Source of the DNA: Eledone cirrhosa
Lineage: Eukaryota
Direction: 5' to 3'
Length of the DNA: 64,000 nucleotides
Assembly: GCA_964016885.1 (NCBI GenBank)
Contig: OZ024747.1
Location: forward strand, 67,270,001 to 67,334,000
Made by a program: the position numbers and the translations under genes. This document shows positions 12,322-27,821 of the stretch, piece by piece (the stretch's first letter is position 1; every line of letters starts with the position of its first letter). The notes below the pieces were generated by a model that saw only the letters and a list, made by a program, of their open reading frames with translations, was not told the origin of the DNA and searched no databases.

Positions 12322-12419
12322 GTCATATGTAAAGATTCACATGCAAGTGTTTTATTTATATGTATATTGATGCAAGAGCTTGTTATGTTTCTATACACAG
12401 ACACAATCGCACACACATG

Positions 12420-12458
<39 letters not shown>

Positions 12459-12550
12459 TCATCATCATCGTTTAGAGTCTATCTTCCATATATATATATA
12501 TATGTATGTATGTATATATATATATATATATATGTATGTATATATATATG

Positions 12551-12679
<129 letters not shown>

Positions 12680-12926
12680 ATTTAAAACTGAACTATCCAC
12701 AAGTGTTTTTTAACCTTCATATCATGTCTTCCTGTTTTATCTGACGAAAACGCAAATGTTATCGCATGATGATATTTGTTTTTGAAATGCGCATAATAAA
12801 ATACATGGAACTCTTTTAACCATCTTTTGTTCTTATATATTATGTATACTCCAGTCCTACAAACTGTAGAGTGCTTCTTATCCGATATCTGCATTGCTTT
12901 ATTGTACTACAATAAAACTCACCTCC

Positions 12927-13042
<116 letters not shown>

Positions 13043-13156
13043 ATAAAACTATGTACAATGCAAGTGAAATTTCATAGCTGTGTATGTATAGCATACGTAA
13101 CGATGTATAAACAGTTCATTATTGTTCATACCCAAATGTATGAACATATATATATA

Positions 13157-13301
<145 letters not shown>

Positions 13302-13444
13302 TATCAGAGGACCCGTGTTAATAATTATTCCTAATAGACCATTGAAGGAAGTGTTAATAATAATATTCCCTAACTACACTGATCTGTTTATTCAAAATAT
13401 AGAATAACCACATAATTATTTCCCCTTTCACTCACAGATACATT

Positions 13445-13603
13445 CTCTTTATATATCTCTTTTCATCACATGCACACTCTTTATATTTCTCTTTTCATCA
13501 CATGCACACTCTTTATATATCTCTTTTCATCACATGCACACTCTTTATATTTCTCTTTTCATCACATGCACACTCTTTATATTTCTCTTTTCATCACATG
13601 CAC
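13445..13603. repeat. 32-bp minisatellite x5 (ctctttatatwtctcttttcatcacatgcaca)
   Basis: Direct reading. Confidence 0.9.
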
Positions 13604-14302
13604 TAACTTCTCTTAGTTACTCTCTCATTCTCTCTTCTCTGTATTGCCTACACTTGATGTTTCGTGCCTGAAACCTTCTAGAGTAACGTTGATTAATCTT
13701 GACCTAATCATACACAGCACATTGCCAACAAATACCTTGCCGAAACTAGTGTGAATCTGTATTTCTAATGATGCGAAATTATGTGTATATATATATATGT
13801 GTGTGTGTGTGCGTGCGCGTGTGTGTGTGCGTGTGTGTGTGTAAAGTAAACGGAAGTAAGAAAGCAAACGACACAATACATTGAAGAAATATATTAGCTT
13901 AACACTGGAAATAACAGGAAAAGAGTCTTAACGTTTTGAACACTAGTACTTCATCAGAAGATAGAATTAGAAGTAAAAGATAAGATAGAAAGATAAAGAG
14001 TGAGAAGAGCAAGAACGGGAAAAAATGAGAAAAAACACACAAGCACATTCAGTCAGCCATTTTGAAGATTTGCTGTTCAAGGAGTATATATATATATGTT
14101 GAAATTTTCTTTGCTTCTTGCATTTAAATATTCCACGACTCTCTACCACTTTTCCTCTACTACAATCTTCTTACACCACCTTCTTCTCACCCGTCTATTT
14201 TTCACTCCCACCCTAGTACCTTCAATATGCCCAATCTCAAATCTTTTCTCCAACTCCAACCCGCCCGTCCCCCTCAATCTATCTTATTTCTCATTCTTTC
14301 TT

Positions 14303-14331
14303 CTGATGAAGGACTAGCGTCCGAAACGTTG
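14303..14331 (+). ncRNA. Minimal type I hammerhead motif (Penelope pLTR type); degenerate inverted copy at ~13930-13955
   Basis: CTGATGA-aGGAC tagc GTCC-GAAA-CGTT. Same motif at 1974-2004(-), ~25125-25155(+) and 49165-49193(-). Confidence 0.65.
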
Positions 14332-14437
14332 AGACCCTCTTCCTGCTATATCAAGCGTTAACCTAATATATCCCTTCCATATACTGTACCGATTGTGTTG
14401 TTATTTCTGTTTAACTTTTACATACACACACACACAC

Positions 14438-14514
<77 letters not shown>

Positions 14515-14515
<1 letters not shown>

Positions 14516-16185
14516 TGATGGAACGCGTCCAATCCACCGACCTACACTGCTTCGGGCTCACCACCACTGACATCCACCAACTCCTATCCATCGTCGTCGA
14601 CAACACCTACTTCGGATTCCTTGACCAAACATACCAACAAACCTCGGGATTGCCCATGGGATCAAGCCTGTCGGGTGTGCTAGCGATCTCTTACATGGAC
14701 AACCTCGAGCGCAAGGCACTCAACGCCTGCCACCCCAACGCCGTCGCCTTTTTCTCAAGGTACGTGGACGATATCCTCATCCTCACATCTTCCCAAGACA
14801 CGGCGAACAGAATCTATGAGACGTTCAACAACACGGACGAGAACATTGACTTCAGTGTTGAACACCCCAACGAAGACGGGTCACTTGCCCTCCTCGACTT
14901 CCGAATCAACATCACGGAACAGGGAAGGATCCACTGCAACTTCTACCGAAAGGCAGCCTGCAGGGACCTGTTCGTTCACTACAAGTCCGCCCTCCCTAAC
15001 AGTGCCAAAAGAGGATACATCACGAACGAGATCGCGCGAATCAAAAACAGATGCAGCGATCCTGCGAGTGGTGTCACTCATACCAAGCGATTCCTCGAAC
15101 GGGTACCCTACCTCGCTCACAGACAGAATAGGAGACACCAGACACAAGAGACAGAGAGGCACCCAAGGCAAGTGCTTCCTTAAAATGCCACACCTGGGCG
15201 AGAATGCCACCAACGCTATCCGCAAGGCTCTACGGAGAGAGGGCCTCGACATCCACCTGGCCCACTCGGGCCCCTCCCTGCAAAGATGCCTCTCCAGGAA
15301 ACCCGGGAAATCTACTGACGCGTGCTCCCTCAGAGACTGCTCGATACGCCATGCGAACTGTTGCCTACGCACATACGTCGTGTATAAGATAGAATGTGAC
15401 AGGTGCAACCAATACTACATAGGTAGCACAATCCGACCTTTGCACATCCGGATCAAGGAACACACTAAAACCAGGGCCTCGTCTTTCCTGAAACACATAG
15501 ACAAATGCGGAAACAAAGACGGAAGGCCCATTGTCACAATTCTAGCGACTGAAAAAAACGTCGGCACGTTACGTATCAAGGAAGCGCTTCTTATCAAACG
15601 CTTGGCACCGCAAATAAACAATCGATCCGAGAGAAGCGAAATGAGATGGCTGGTTTAAGTTAACAAACGATGCAGCAACACACGCACACACACACACACT
15701 CAAGCGAGACAACAACACACGCACACACACACACACAGTAACATTTAACAAACAGGCAGAGAATGGACTGACAGCTAGCGCCACCCCACTCCCTCATTCG
15801 GCCGCTGACCTCTGCCTGACCGACCCCATTTCACGCGCACGCGCGCTCTGCTGAATACCTCAGATATTCAAAACAACAAACAGCGGAGGACGCGTTTCGC
15901 ACCTTTCCGACAGACAACCTTTCCCCCACCCCGGAAAAAAACCCAGTTGATGGATATGAATCCGAAATATATAGGGACAATTAAATCTCTCCCAAGGTAA
16001 CTCTCTCTTGTGTTGTTATTTTTATTTTATCCTTTATACTCTTTCCTTCATTCTTCTACACGTCTTATACACACCACGCATCTCAACGTACACCCACTTA
16101 TATCTCTCTCTCCACCACCGGATCTTGTTACCCGGAGATTTACCCATTTGCATTGTCGAGGCTTCCAAACGGCTTAAAGATATTT
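14515..16185 (+). mobile_element. Penelope-like element, 5'-truncated, between (AT)n tracts
   Basis: RT + GIY-YIG coding region followed by 3' region, with (AT)n on both sides. Confidence 0.85.
14518..15658 (+). pseudogene. Penelope-like RT + GIY-YIG endonuclease, frameshift near 15100
   Basis: TYFGF..QTYQQTSGLPMGSSLS, RYVDDILI, LLDFRI, FYRKAA; then VVYKIECDRCNQYYIGSTIRPLHIRIKEH and LRIKEALLI...PQIN. Confidence 0.88.
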
Positions 16186-16350
16186 ATATATATATATATA
16201 TATTAAATTGTTAAACAATATTCAATAATTATGTCAAAGAATGAGTTTTACAGTAGATTGGAAGCACTCAACAGCAATATAAGATTTTTTGGAGTTATTA
16301 ATATTAAAATATAAGTATTAATAAAATAGATGTTCTTTTGATCAATTACG

Positions 16351-16401
16351 TTTTATTATACATATTTCGGATGTACAACAGTACGTCCTCATCAGATAAA
16401 A
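16351..16401 (-). ncRNA. Intact-looking minimal type I hammerhead ribozyme
   Basis: ttttat-CTGATGA-GGACGTAC tgtt GTACATCC-GAAA-TATGTA-TA^ataaaa: 6-bp stem I, stem II and near-palindromic stem III. Confidence 0.75.
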
Positions 16402-16458
16402 TATAATGATACATGACATACCCTGAGATGTTAAATGGTTAAGATTTAATCAAGGTAG

Positions 16459-16493
<35 letters not shown>

Positions 16494-17242
16494 GTGGCTT
16501 TCCGAAGAGAATCGGGAAGAAACCACAGTTAAATAAGATATTCAATACATTAGTAGAAAGGATAAATCATTTTTGATGAAACAGTTCTAGTTCTGTAGAA
16601 CTCATTTCTGTATGATATATCATAATATAATAAAGGGAGGAGTGCGGGACTGTTACTGAATGTATTTTTTTATCCCGTTAGTAAAATAAGTTGGATTACT
16701 TCGAATAAATATTGTTTCTACTTTAGGCACAAGGCCAGCAATTACCCAGTGCATTACTGGTACTTTATTTTATCGACCCCGTATAAATAATGATTGAATA
16801 TTACATAATTTATCTACTAAATTTCGTAGCTGTTGATTAAACATAAATATTCTTATATATAATGATTGCTTATTATAAAATTCATTTCTCTTTAAATTTG
16901 CCCATGTCAATACTTCCGGTTAGGATATAACGTACGCTATATCACATCAGTTATATAAACGTCCATATATTTGCATCGTTATATAAGGTTTATATTTCCG
17001 TCGCTAATTTTCTCCTTTTTCGTTTTCATTACATTTCACCGTAATGCAGTTTATATATAATATCGTCTTTTTTAAATGTATCATGGATTAGTTTACCAAT
17101 TACAGAAGACAGTGTAACACAGTCTTTCTTCAATTTCTCTGCATATGGTCAATTACGATTTTATTTAACGTATCATATATACATGCATGTATATTTGTGT
17201 GTAATATCAATATGCACAGTAGACATGCTAGCAGAAAACTGT

Positions 17243-17303
<61 letters not shown>

Positions 17304-17307
<4 letters not shown>

Positions 17308-18411
17308 AAGGAAAAGCGAAGTAGTTTCAGATGTTCAAGTCCTTTAATAATAATGCTGTGATATATATTTCAATGGCGACACTGGCCACACTGTTCTGTG
17401 TGCGAGTGTCGTGACATCATCAGACAGCTTGTTACATAATAAGGTTATTTTCTAACTTTTAATTACTAATTGTTAATTTTTTAATTGTTTAATTTATAAT
17501 TTCTGATACTTGATTTAGGACTTTAATTTTTATTTCCAACGCTCACTCTTAATGTACGGCACTGTCGTTCAATATGTGGATAGAGTAACTGTGACACTAG
17601 AACCCCTCTCAGAACTTCTTACTTAAACATCTCTCTCCATATTATTTACTCACTTCAATCTATATTTTTTTACTCACCTCAATCTGAATTCTCACTGGAG
17701 GGAAAAAAAATTTCTAACTTTTAATTACTAATTGTTAATTTTTTAATTGTTTAATTTATAATTTCTGATACTTGATTTAGGACTTTAATTATTATTTCCA
17801 ACTCTCACTCTTAACTTACAATGTAAGATCATGATACTTAGAATTAAGTTTATTTTTCCCTTTGAGTTGAAGGTCAGTCGTACTGTCCACGCTAGGTGAG
17901 AGGTGGTATTATGACCTGTGGAGACTAACACTCTCCCACCCCCTCTGGCTTTCGACTGACTACCACAGTCGTGATGGGTAGCAGTAAACTATGGTACGGG
18001 CCATTGTGTCACTGAGAGGCTGAAATGACTAAGCGAATTTCGTTAAAATCTGCGGTAGCCAATGGTCAACTTCCTTCGGACATGCGCACGCGCAGACCGG
18101 TGGGGGTGAATTGGTACTCACAGGGGAACGGGTGATAAACCCAAACGCACGCATTTCATCCGTTCCCATGTCGATTCAATTTGGATTGCCTCGGAAACAT
18201 AACCTTATTATGTAACAAGCTGTCTGATGATGTCAGGACACTCGCACACAGAACAGTGTGGCCAGTGTCGCCATTGAAATATATATCACAGCATTATTAT
18301 TAAAGGACTTGAACATCTGAAACTACTTCGCTTTTCCTTATTCGATATTTACTCCGTCACTCCTATGTGGAAAAAGTACGTTGAGTGCTTGGAATTGCAT
18401 CAATGTTTACC

Positions 18412-18413
<2 letters not shown>
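17304..18413 (+). mobile_element. Non-coding Penelope-like element with 145-bp inverted repeats (17304-17448 / 18199-18343), each carrying a hammerhead; internal ~100-bp direct duplication
   Basis: Inverted repeat read directly; 17449-17551 matches 17711-17813; (AT)n on both sides. Confidence 0.7.
18219..18292 (+). ncRNA. Type I hammerhead with extended stem II
   Basis: gctgt-CTGATGA-(tg..gacact..cacac/gtgtg..agtgtc..ca)-GAAA-TATATA-TC^acagc. Confidence 0.7.
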
Positions 18414-18470
<57 letters not shown>

Positions 18471-18767
18471 ATACTTTGGGAGGGTCATGTTGCCAATAAG
18501 AAACACACGCGTCAGTTGCTTTCACTTCAATTTATTATAATAAATTTATAAATTTAGGAATTTATAAATTTCCGGTTGATTGGTTGGTTCCACAACCAGA
18601 TGATTGTTTATATATTGTCAAAGTTCTTTCTTCACACATTCTGTGACCTCTTCAGTGAATGGGGATTCTTTTCTTTGTTTTTGTGCCTCTCCTTTGTTCT
18701 GTCCTACGCCATCTTGTTTTTGTGTGTGTGTTCACACACACACACACAAACAAGATGACGTAGGTGT

Positions 18768-18815
<48 letters not shown>

Positions 18816-18846
18816 TCACCGATACTTTGAGAAAGCAACACAAAAT

Positions 18847-18886
<40 letters not shown>

Positions 18887-19310
18887 ACATCATCACCAAG
18901 AACAACGAGAAAAGCAACAAGAACAGTAACAAAAAAATAACGTGGTTAACAACAACATAAATAGGAACAACAATAGCAACAACAGCAACAACAAAAACAA
19001 GCAATTGTAACAACAACAATATCAGCAACAACAAAAATAACATCAGCAACAACAACAACAACAACAACATGGTCGTGTCATGTGATAATCGTGATTAAAT
19101 CGACAACGATTATACAATTTAATTATTTCTACTTTCATAATTAATATTGATATTGATGTTATTGTTGTTGTTACTGTTGTTGTTATTTCTGTTATTATTT
19201 AAATTGTTGTTGTTTTCATCATTCTCACCATTGGTGTCATGTTTCTTGTTGATAAACATTCACAATAGATCATACTTTATTTCGAGAATATTAGTTATAT
19301 TTCAATGTGA

Positions 19311-19372
<62 letters not shown>

Positions 19373-19417
19373 AAACTATATCATACGTAGCCTGTTCGAA
19401 ATTACATGTCAATGAGT

Positions 19418-19531
19418 TCAAATCCTGCCGAGGTTAACTTTGCCTTTCATCCTTACGGGGTCGCTAAAATAAAGTACCAGTAATGTACTGAATAATTGCT
19501 GGCCTTGTGCCAAAAGTAGAAACAATTATTA
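19418..19531 (+). mobile_element. Meta-type SINE 3' part
   Basis: gagttcaaatcc..ggttaactttgcctttcatccttacggggtcg..ggccttgtgccaaaagtagaaacaattatt. Confidence 0.75.
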
Positions 19532-19660
19532 TTTATTTTCAGTCTTAAGCAGAGAGTTGCTTATGTATGTATGTATGTATGTATGTATGTATGAATGTAT
19601 GTATGTATGTATGTATGTATGTATGTATGTATGTATGTATGTATGTATGTATGAATGTAT

Positions 19661-19866
19661 ATCTGGAGATCTCTCTGCACTTGTCGTCACATGGTGCCAT
19701 GGGCCCAGCACTGTGTCAATAACTGTCACAAGTGTAGTGTTTGTACCAGAGTTTTCAAGTCGCTGGCTGGACTAAAATGTCACTCTCGTTCAGCGCATCG
19801 GTAGGGGTTCTCCTACATGGATATAAGGTAGTGGCCGTACTCGAAAACGAGTTGGCAGCCACCATG
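19661..19866 (+). mobile_element. Second, 5'-truncated copy of the RTE-derived element at 8921-9533, between (TATG)n tracts
   Basis: Near-identical to the reverse complement of 8921-9128; encodes CSVCTRVFKSLAGLKCHSRSAHR*. Confidence 0.85.
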
Positions 19867-20267
19867 TATGAATGTGTATGTATGTATGTATGTATGTATG
19901 TATGTATGTATGTATGTATGTATGTATGTGTGTGTGTGTATGTATGTGTGTATGTATGTGTGTATGTAGGTGCGTATGTATGTATGTATGAATGAGTATG
20001 TATCTGTGTGTATGTGTGTATAGAACGATAGACAGATATATATACACACAAATACATATACCTGCATATATATATATATATATATATAACGAAGGAGTTG
20101 TGGTAAGGAACCAGATGGACCATAACGCACCAGAGTACTCAATACTTAGGGTAGTAGAGTGGGTAATAGACTAAAAACTATTACTTTAGTCCAGAAATAG
20201 CCGTCGAAACGGCTTGAGCTCTGCCGTCGGGGTCATACTTTCTCCCATATATATATATATATATATA

Positions 20268-21164
<897 letters not shown>

Positions 21165-21174
21165 CATATATACA

Positions 21175-21222
<48 letters not shown>

Positions 21223-21373
21223 ATATTCATATAAACATCTCTCTCTCTCTCTCACTCTCTCTCTCTCTCCATATATATATATATATGGAAAGTTATATTT
21301 AAATTGTTGGGTTAACAACGAGTAAATATTTATAACTGATATAAAAGCACTCAACAAGTATTTGGAGTATATT

Positions 21374-21847
<474 letters not shown>

Positions 21848-21875
21848 GTATATATATATATATATATATATGCAG

Positions 21876-21907
<32 letters not shown>

Positions 21908-22051
21908 GTAAAGAATCGCTGCTTTCACCCTTAATCTGTTATTTTAATATATATGCAGTATATATATGTATATATATATATATATATATATAAATATATA
22001 CATATATATATATATATATATACATCTATAGTTATATACATACACATATAT

Positions 22052-22139
<88 letters not shown>

Positions 22140-23268
22140 TTACTATTACTATGTATATTTATACATCTGTAAGCATACACAATTGAGATTTCTATGTAGT
22201 CTTAATTACAGTTTAAAAAATATACCTGAAAGAGCTTTCTTAGCGTGTAACTTTATGTAATGGCTATCGTATAACTACGTACATATATATTTTATGAATA
22301 CGTGCATCTGTATATGTAGGTGTAGGTGTGAGTTTTAGTATGTGTATGTATGTGTGTGCATGCGTGTGTGGCTGCATGTGTATGTATGTTTTGTGTTTTT
22401 ATCTATATACTATTGAAATTCTATAATATACTTAGAGCCTATATATTTAAGTCAACGTCACGTTGCCAAACATGGAGTTTCTCAGTTATACGTCAGCGGC
22501 AGTATTTTGAGTGAAAATGTTGAGATACATATTAAACACGTCGCCCTGGTTTTGAAAAAGCGTTGCAAACATGGCTTCCCGTGTGCTTCCAGGGGTTCAG
22601 ATGGTAAAAAAAGTATTAATTTGATATAACAATATATAAATATATCTAATTATCAAAGAATCTCTAGAGTGGTGCGTCCTTGTTGTTATTGGCGGCGCTG
22701 GCGGTGGGAAGGTGATGGTAGTGGTGGTGGTAGTAGTGATGGTGGTGGTGGTGGTGATGGTGGTGGTGATGGTGGTGGTGGTGGTGGTGGTGGTGGTGGT
22801 GGTGGTGGTGGTGGTGGTGGTGGTGGTGGTTAGACTGATCGTATTATTTATGATAGTGTTGATAATATTGCTAGTCGTCATCATATTTTCATATCAGTAC
22901 TGATGAAGGATATATATTATTAGAGATATTCCATCAATAACTACTCATGGTTTTTTATTATTTCCACACAGAATATTTACAAATATAATAACCAAAGTAA
23001 CCTTAAAAATGATAGTGAGAATCATAATAATGTGATATACCGGATAAAATCATGTGTTAATTTCATATCGTGTATCAGAGGTTGGTTCTCCGCTCTGTGT
23101 AAGGTTTAGATATCTAGACTTATGCCGTAACCCCAAATAATTGGTGAACTTACAAATATGTTTTGAGCACTTTCAGTGATGGTGCATCATTTGGAGTACG
23201 CTTAAGTTTATATATGTTAATATGTGTATATATATAAATATAGGCATATATATATGTACATATAGACC

Positions 23269-23308
<40 letters not shown>

Positions 23309-23360
23309 TTGAAATGGATGAGCTTTCCGTGATGATTAGACAGTTTAACTATATATATAT

Positions 23361-23426
<66 letters not shown>

Positions 23427-23432
23427 CATATA

Positions 23433-23494
<62 letters not shown>

Positions 23495-23536
23495 TCTGTA
23501 TATATATATATGTATATATGTATATATATATATGTA

Positions 23537-23629
<93 letters not shown>

Positions 23630-23888
23630 GTATATACTATGTGTATATATATATATTATATCTGACTTGTGTTCCGTTGGGTGTAAGTTCTGCTCTTTTT
23701 CAGGTGTTTAACAAATTGGTAAAATATTCTACTTCCATCTTATCTCACCAACCAGCCAACCGTTTGTAATTAAAGATGGCCGTCAGGCATTCGCTCTAAA
23801 TATATGAACATTAGCTCTGAAAATCAAGGGAAAAAGTAATGTTTACAGTAAAGAAATTAATTTTTTTTAAATTACGTGTATATGTTTG

Positions 23889-23958
<70 letters not shown>

Positions 23959-23987
23959 TATATGTATATATGTGTGTGTATGCCTTA

Positions 23988-24128
<141 letters not shown>

Positions 24129-24866
24129 ATGTTTTGAAAAGCCACTAACTTGCTTAAACTTCAAAGTAAACAGACAGCATCATCAAAAAAAATTATATAT
24201 ATATATATATGTATAAATGTGTGTTTGTCTGCACGTGTGTGACTGTATCTATGTGTCTTTTGTCTGTATGTATGTGTATATATATCTGTGTACATACATA
24301 AATACATGCATACGTACATACATACATACACACACATATATGCATGCATGCATACTTACATACGTACATATTCGCACACGCACACACGAAGACATACGTA
24401 TGCTACCACCACCACCACCCAACACCTACTAACACTCTCTTTTTTATGTACACAGTGACTACCTCCTTCAGAGTTCGGCGGTTTCCTGTTGTACTATTGT
24501 CGCATCGTACGTGATGCCTTGTGGTATTTATTTCTGCTACACACATGACATGAGAGGTGGCGACGTGCAGACAGGTGCCACCGCCTTCCTTTCTTTTTAC
24601 CGCCTAAGGATCGCCTCTACTTGTTTGTATGCTTTCATATGTATGTACCATTATACAATTAAGATTAACCATGCTCACATGTGTGGGGGTGAAAATACGC
24701 ACATACAGTGTATGCTTTCACACCTAACCAAACAGTAAACCTCTGTTCCCCACACCGCTGGTCACCTTGCGTGCTCACGCACATTCAAACATTCCCAGCA
24801 GCCAATCCATCACGTTAGGGTCTAATGCACATCATCACTTTCATACTCTCATAGATTTGTACAAAG

Positions 24867-24930
<64 letters not shown>

Positions 24931-25542
24931 CCATGCCAACTCAAACTACAAGATGTTCTTCTTAATTTAAAACTTTCTTATATCTAAGTCACATTCTGAC
25001 CCATACTTTCCCAAATTATCCGAGTAAATATACATGGTTTCCTCCTTTAAAAAAAAAGAATTCCATTTCCTCCTTTTCTTACTCTCGTCTATCCTTCTAT
25101 TTCTTCTTCAGTTTTCATTCTATCATTCGATGAAAGACTAACGTCCGAAACCTTACGGTTCTCTCCTACTATATTAAAATAATATATATCATCATTGTAC
25201 ATTTTGTTTTTCCTTTAAACACAGCTCTGTGTACCAACACACAATTATGTTATTTGTTTTGTTTTTTTTAATTTGTTGTTCCCTTGTCCCTAAAATAGTT
25301 TTGTAGAACTTTAAAATAAGAACAGTTAACTTATTGATGATCGATTCTTCTTCTGTATCTCTTTCTCATTTTCTCTCTATTTTTTACTCATTCTCAATCT
25401 ATCTATTTATCTATATTGTCATAAGTATTACAAAATATAATTATAGCTGTTTCCATAAAATATTGTAAGAATATGATTTAAATTATAATATTTTTCTATC
25501 TAATTTTCATCGAGCTTTTATGGTACAACTAAATTCAGATAA

Positions 25543-25728
<186 letters not shown>

Positions 25729-26791
25729 TTTCACAGAAAGAAATCGGCTACGTTCGAATATAGATAATGATGAACTCCGCCATGTTAAAATGCTCACGAC
25801 TCATTATGTTTTACCGCGACTACTCTAAGAGTCTATCAGGATTTAAGTAAGGTCCTTGGATGGAACTTAACCAATATATAATGGTTGAATTATCAATGAA
25901 CGACAAGTAAGAAAAGACATTGAAACATATTGTTGTCAGTAAGGGAGATAATGTAATATATTTTAGTAATAAGTACTTTTGTTATAATGCTTTTTTTATT
26001 AACCACAAGGGTTTAAGTACTTTTGTTATAATGGTAGCAGAAAGGCGTTGAAGAGAGATTCACAACGGTACAATTCATAAAGGTAGCAATTCGATGTTGG
26101 ACTGATATGTTAGTAGCGATTAGTACTTCAGGAAAACAGAGATGTAATAATGATGTTCATATTCCATGGTAGCGGAAAAAGATCAGAAGGCATATTTCAA
26201 AACATAATAAAGATTTATTTTCTTCTTAATATTAATACAAGTACAGGGCGAGTGAAAAGCTGCAAACATATCGCATAATCAAGTTGAACGGTAAATGTAA
26301 TTCTCCGCAGAGGTATATATCGAGATTACCCTCGGCTTTAGAGGACAAGATTATGAAAATCAGGAAGCGAGTTACATGGTACTGCTCAGTAGAAGATCCC
26401 GAACGTAACTGCGGGAGAATTGATAATTAGGCATGAAATCAACTGCTGGGCGGAAGTCGTTCTTAGTAGTCCTACGCCACCAACCATGACCAAACATGAA
26501 CAAATTACTCCGCCGTGATAAAGTAGCACTATTGCTTGCTACAATATCGTAAAGGATAGGAAGGAAATTTTAGGGAGCAAGTATCAAGAAAATGAAATAA
26601 CATCTAAAGAACAATTAGATTTTGCTTCGAATCAACTAAAATTTGATGCATGTCATTTAAAAGAAATCTTTGTCATATTTCTATACTTTTTATGTGATTA
26701 CATTAAGGGAAATCCATGATTACATTCAATGACATCCATCGATATTTAATTTTTCTGACATTAATCTGAAAGAGAAATCCTGTTAGTGTCA

Positions 26792-26873
<82 letters not shown>

Positions 26874-27434
26874 CCCACTCTCTCTCTCTCTTTTGCATTG
26901 GCCTTTTTTTTACAGTACATGATATGTTTGTTATTAGTTTTGCTTTTGTTATGGTGGTGGTTATTTTTATCGCTGCTGTGATTGATGTTGTCACTACTGT
27001 TGTAAGTGCTAGTGTCGTTGCTGTGGTTTTGTTGTTTTTGTTGTCAGTGTTTTAGTTGATAGGGTGGTGGGCTGACGATCGTAAAGTCGTGTGTACGACC
27101 GCTGGACGGGTTTGTGCTTTGTGTCTTTGAAATAGTGGTCAAGACAATGGGAATTATGATCACATTGGTACCAAACTGTATCACCAGCGTTCATCTTTAG
27201 TTTGGACAACATAAGTCTCTTTAAGCAGAGAAACTGGCCTGAATGGGCGACTGCTGGTTTTCCAGAAAATATTTTGCCAAGACTTGTCTTGTAGAGAAAT
27301 ATTTCAGGTGTGAATGTATGACTCATGACCACATGTGTTCTGTTGTTCTTGTAGTTCTTTAGCCTGACTTCAACCTTGATCAAGCAAGTTTAGAAATGAT
27401 GACAATCCTGTACTACTACTACTACTACTACTAC

Positions 27435-27501
<67 letters not shown>

Positions 27502-27596
27502 CTGTTTTACAGTGAAGTAGTAGTGATAGTGCTAGTGGTAATCATAGTGGTCATATATATTGTAACGATGACAATAAACAGGAAGAACACGACGAC

Positions 27597-27635
<39 letters not shown>

Positions 27636-27821
27636 CATCATAGTGACAATGAAAAATAAAAATACATTCTCCATTTCATTTTTTGTATTTTGTAATTTTG
27701 CTTCTTTTTTCTTTTCTTTTGATTTTGCTGTTTGTTTTGTCATTATATATTCTGGCATTTTGTTAAAATCGTTTCAATATTCGTCTTTCTCTAATGGCTG
27801 ATACACAACTGATATTTTCTT

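Noticed and set aside
15945-15975. Functional hammerhead in the Penelope 3' region
   Set aside because: Stem II and GAAATATATA are visible but the CUGANGA box is disrupted, so it is at most a degenerate remnant.
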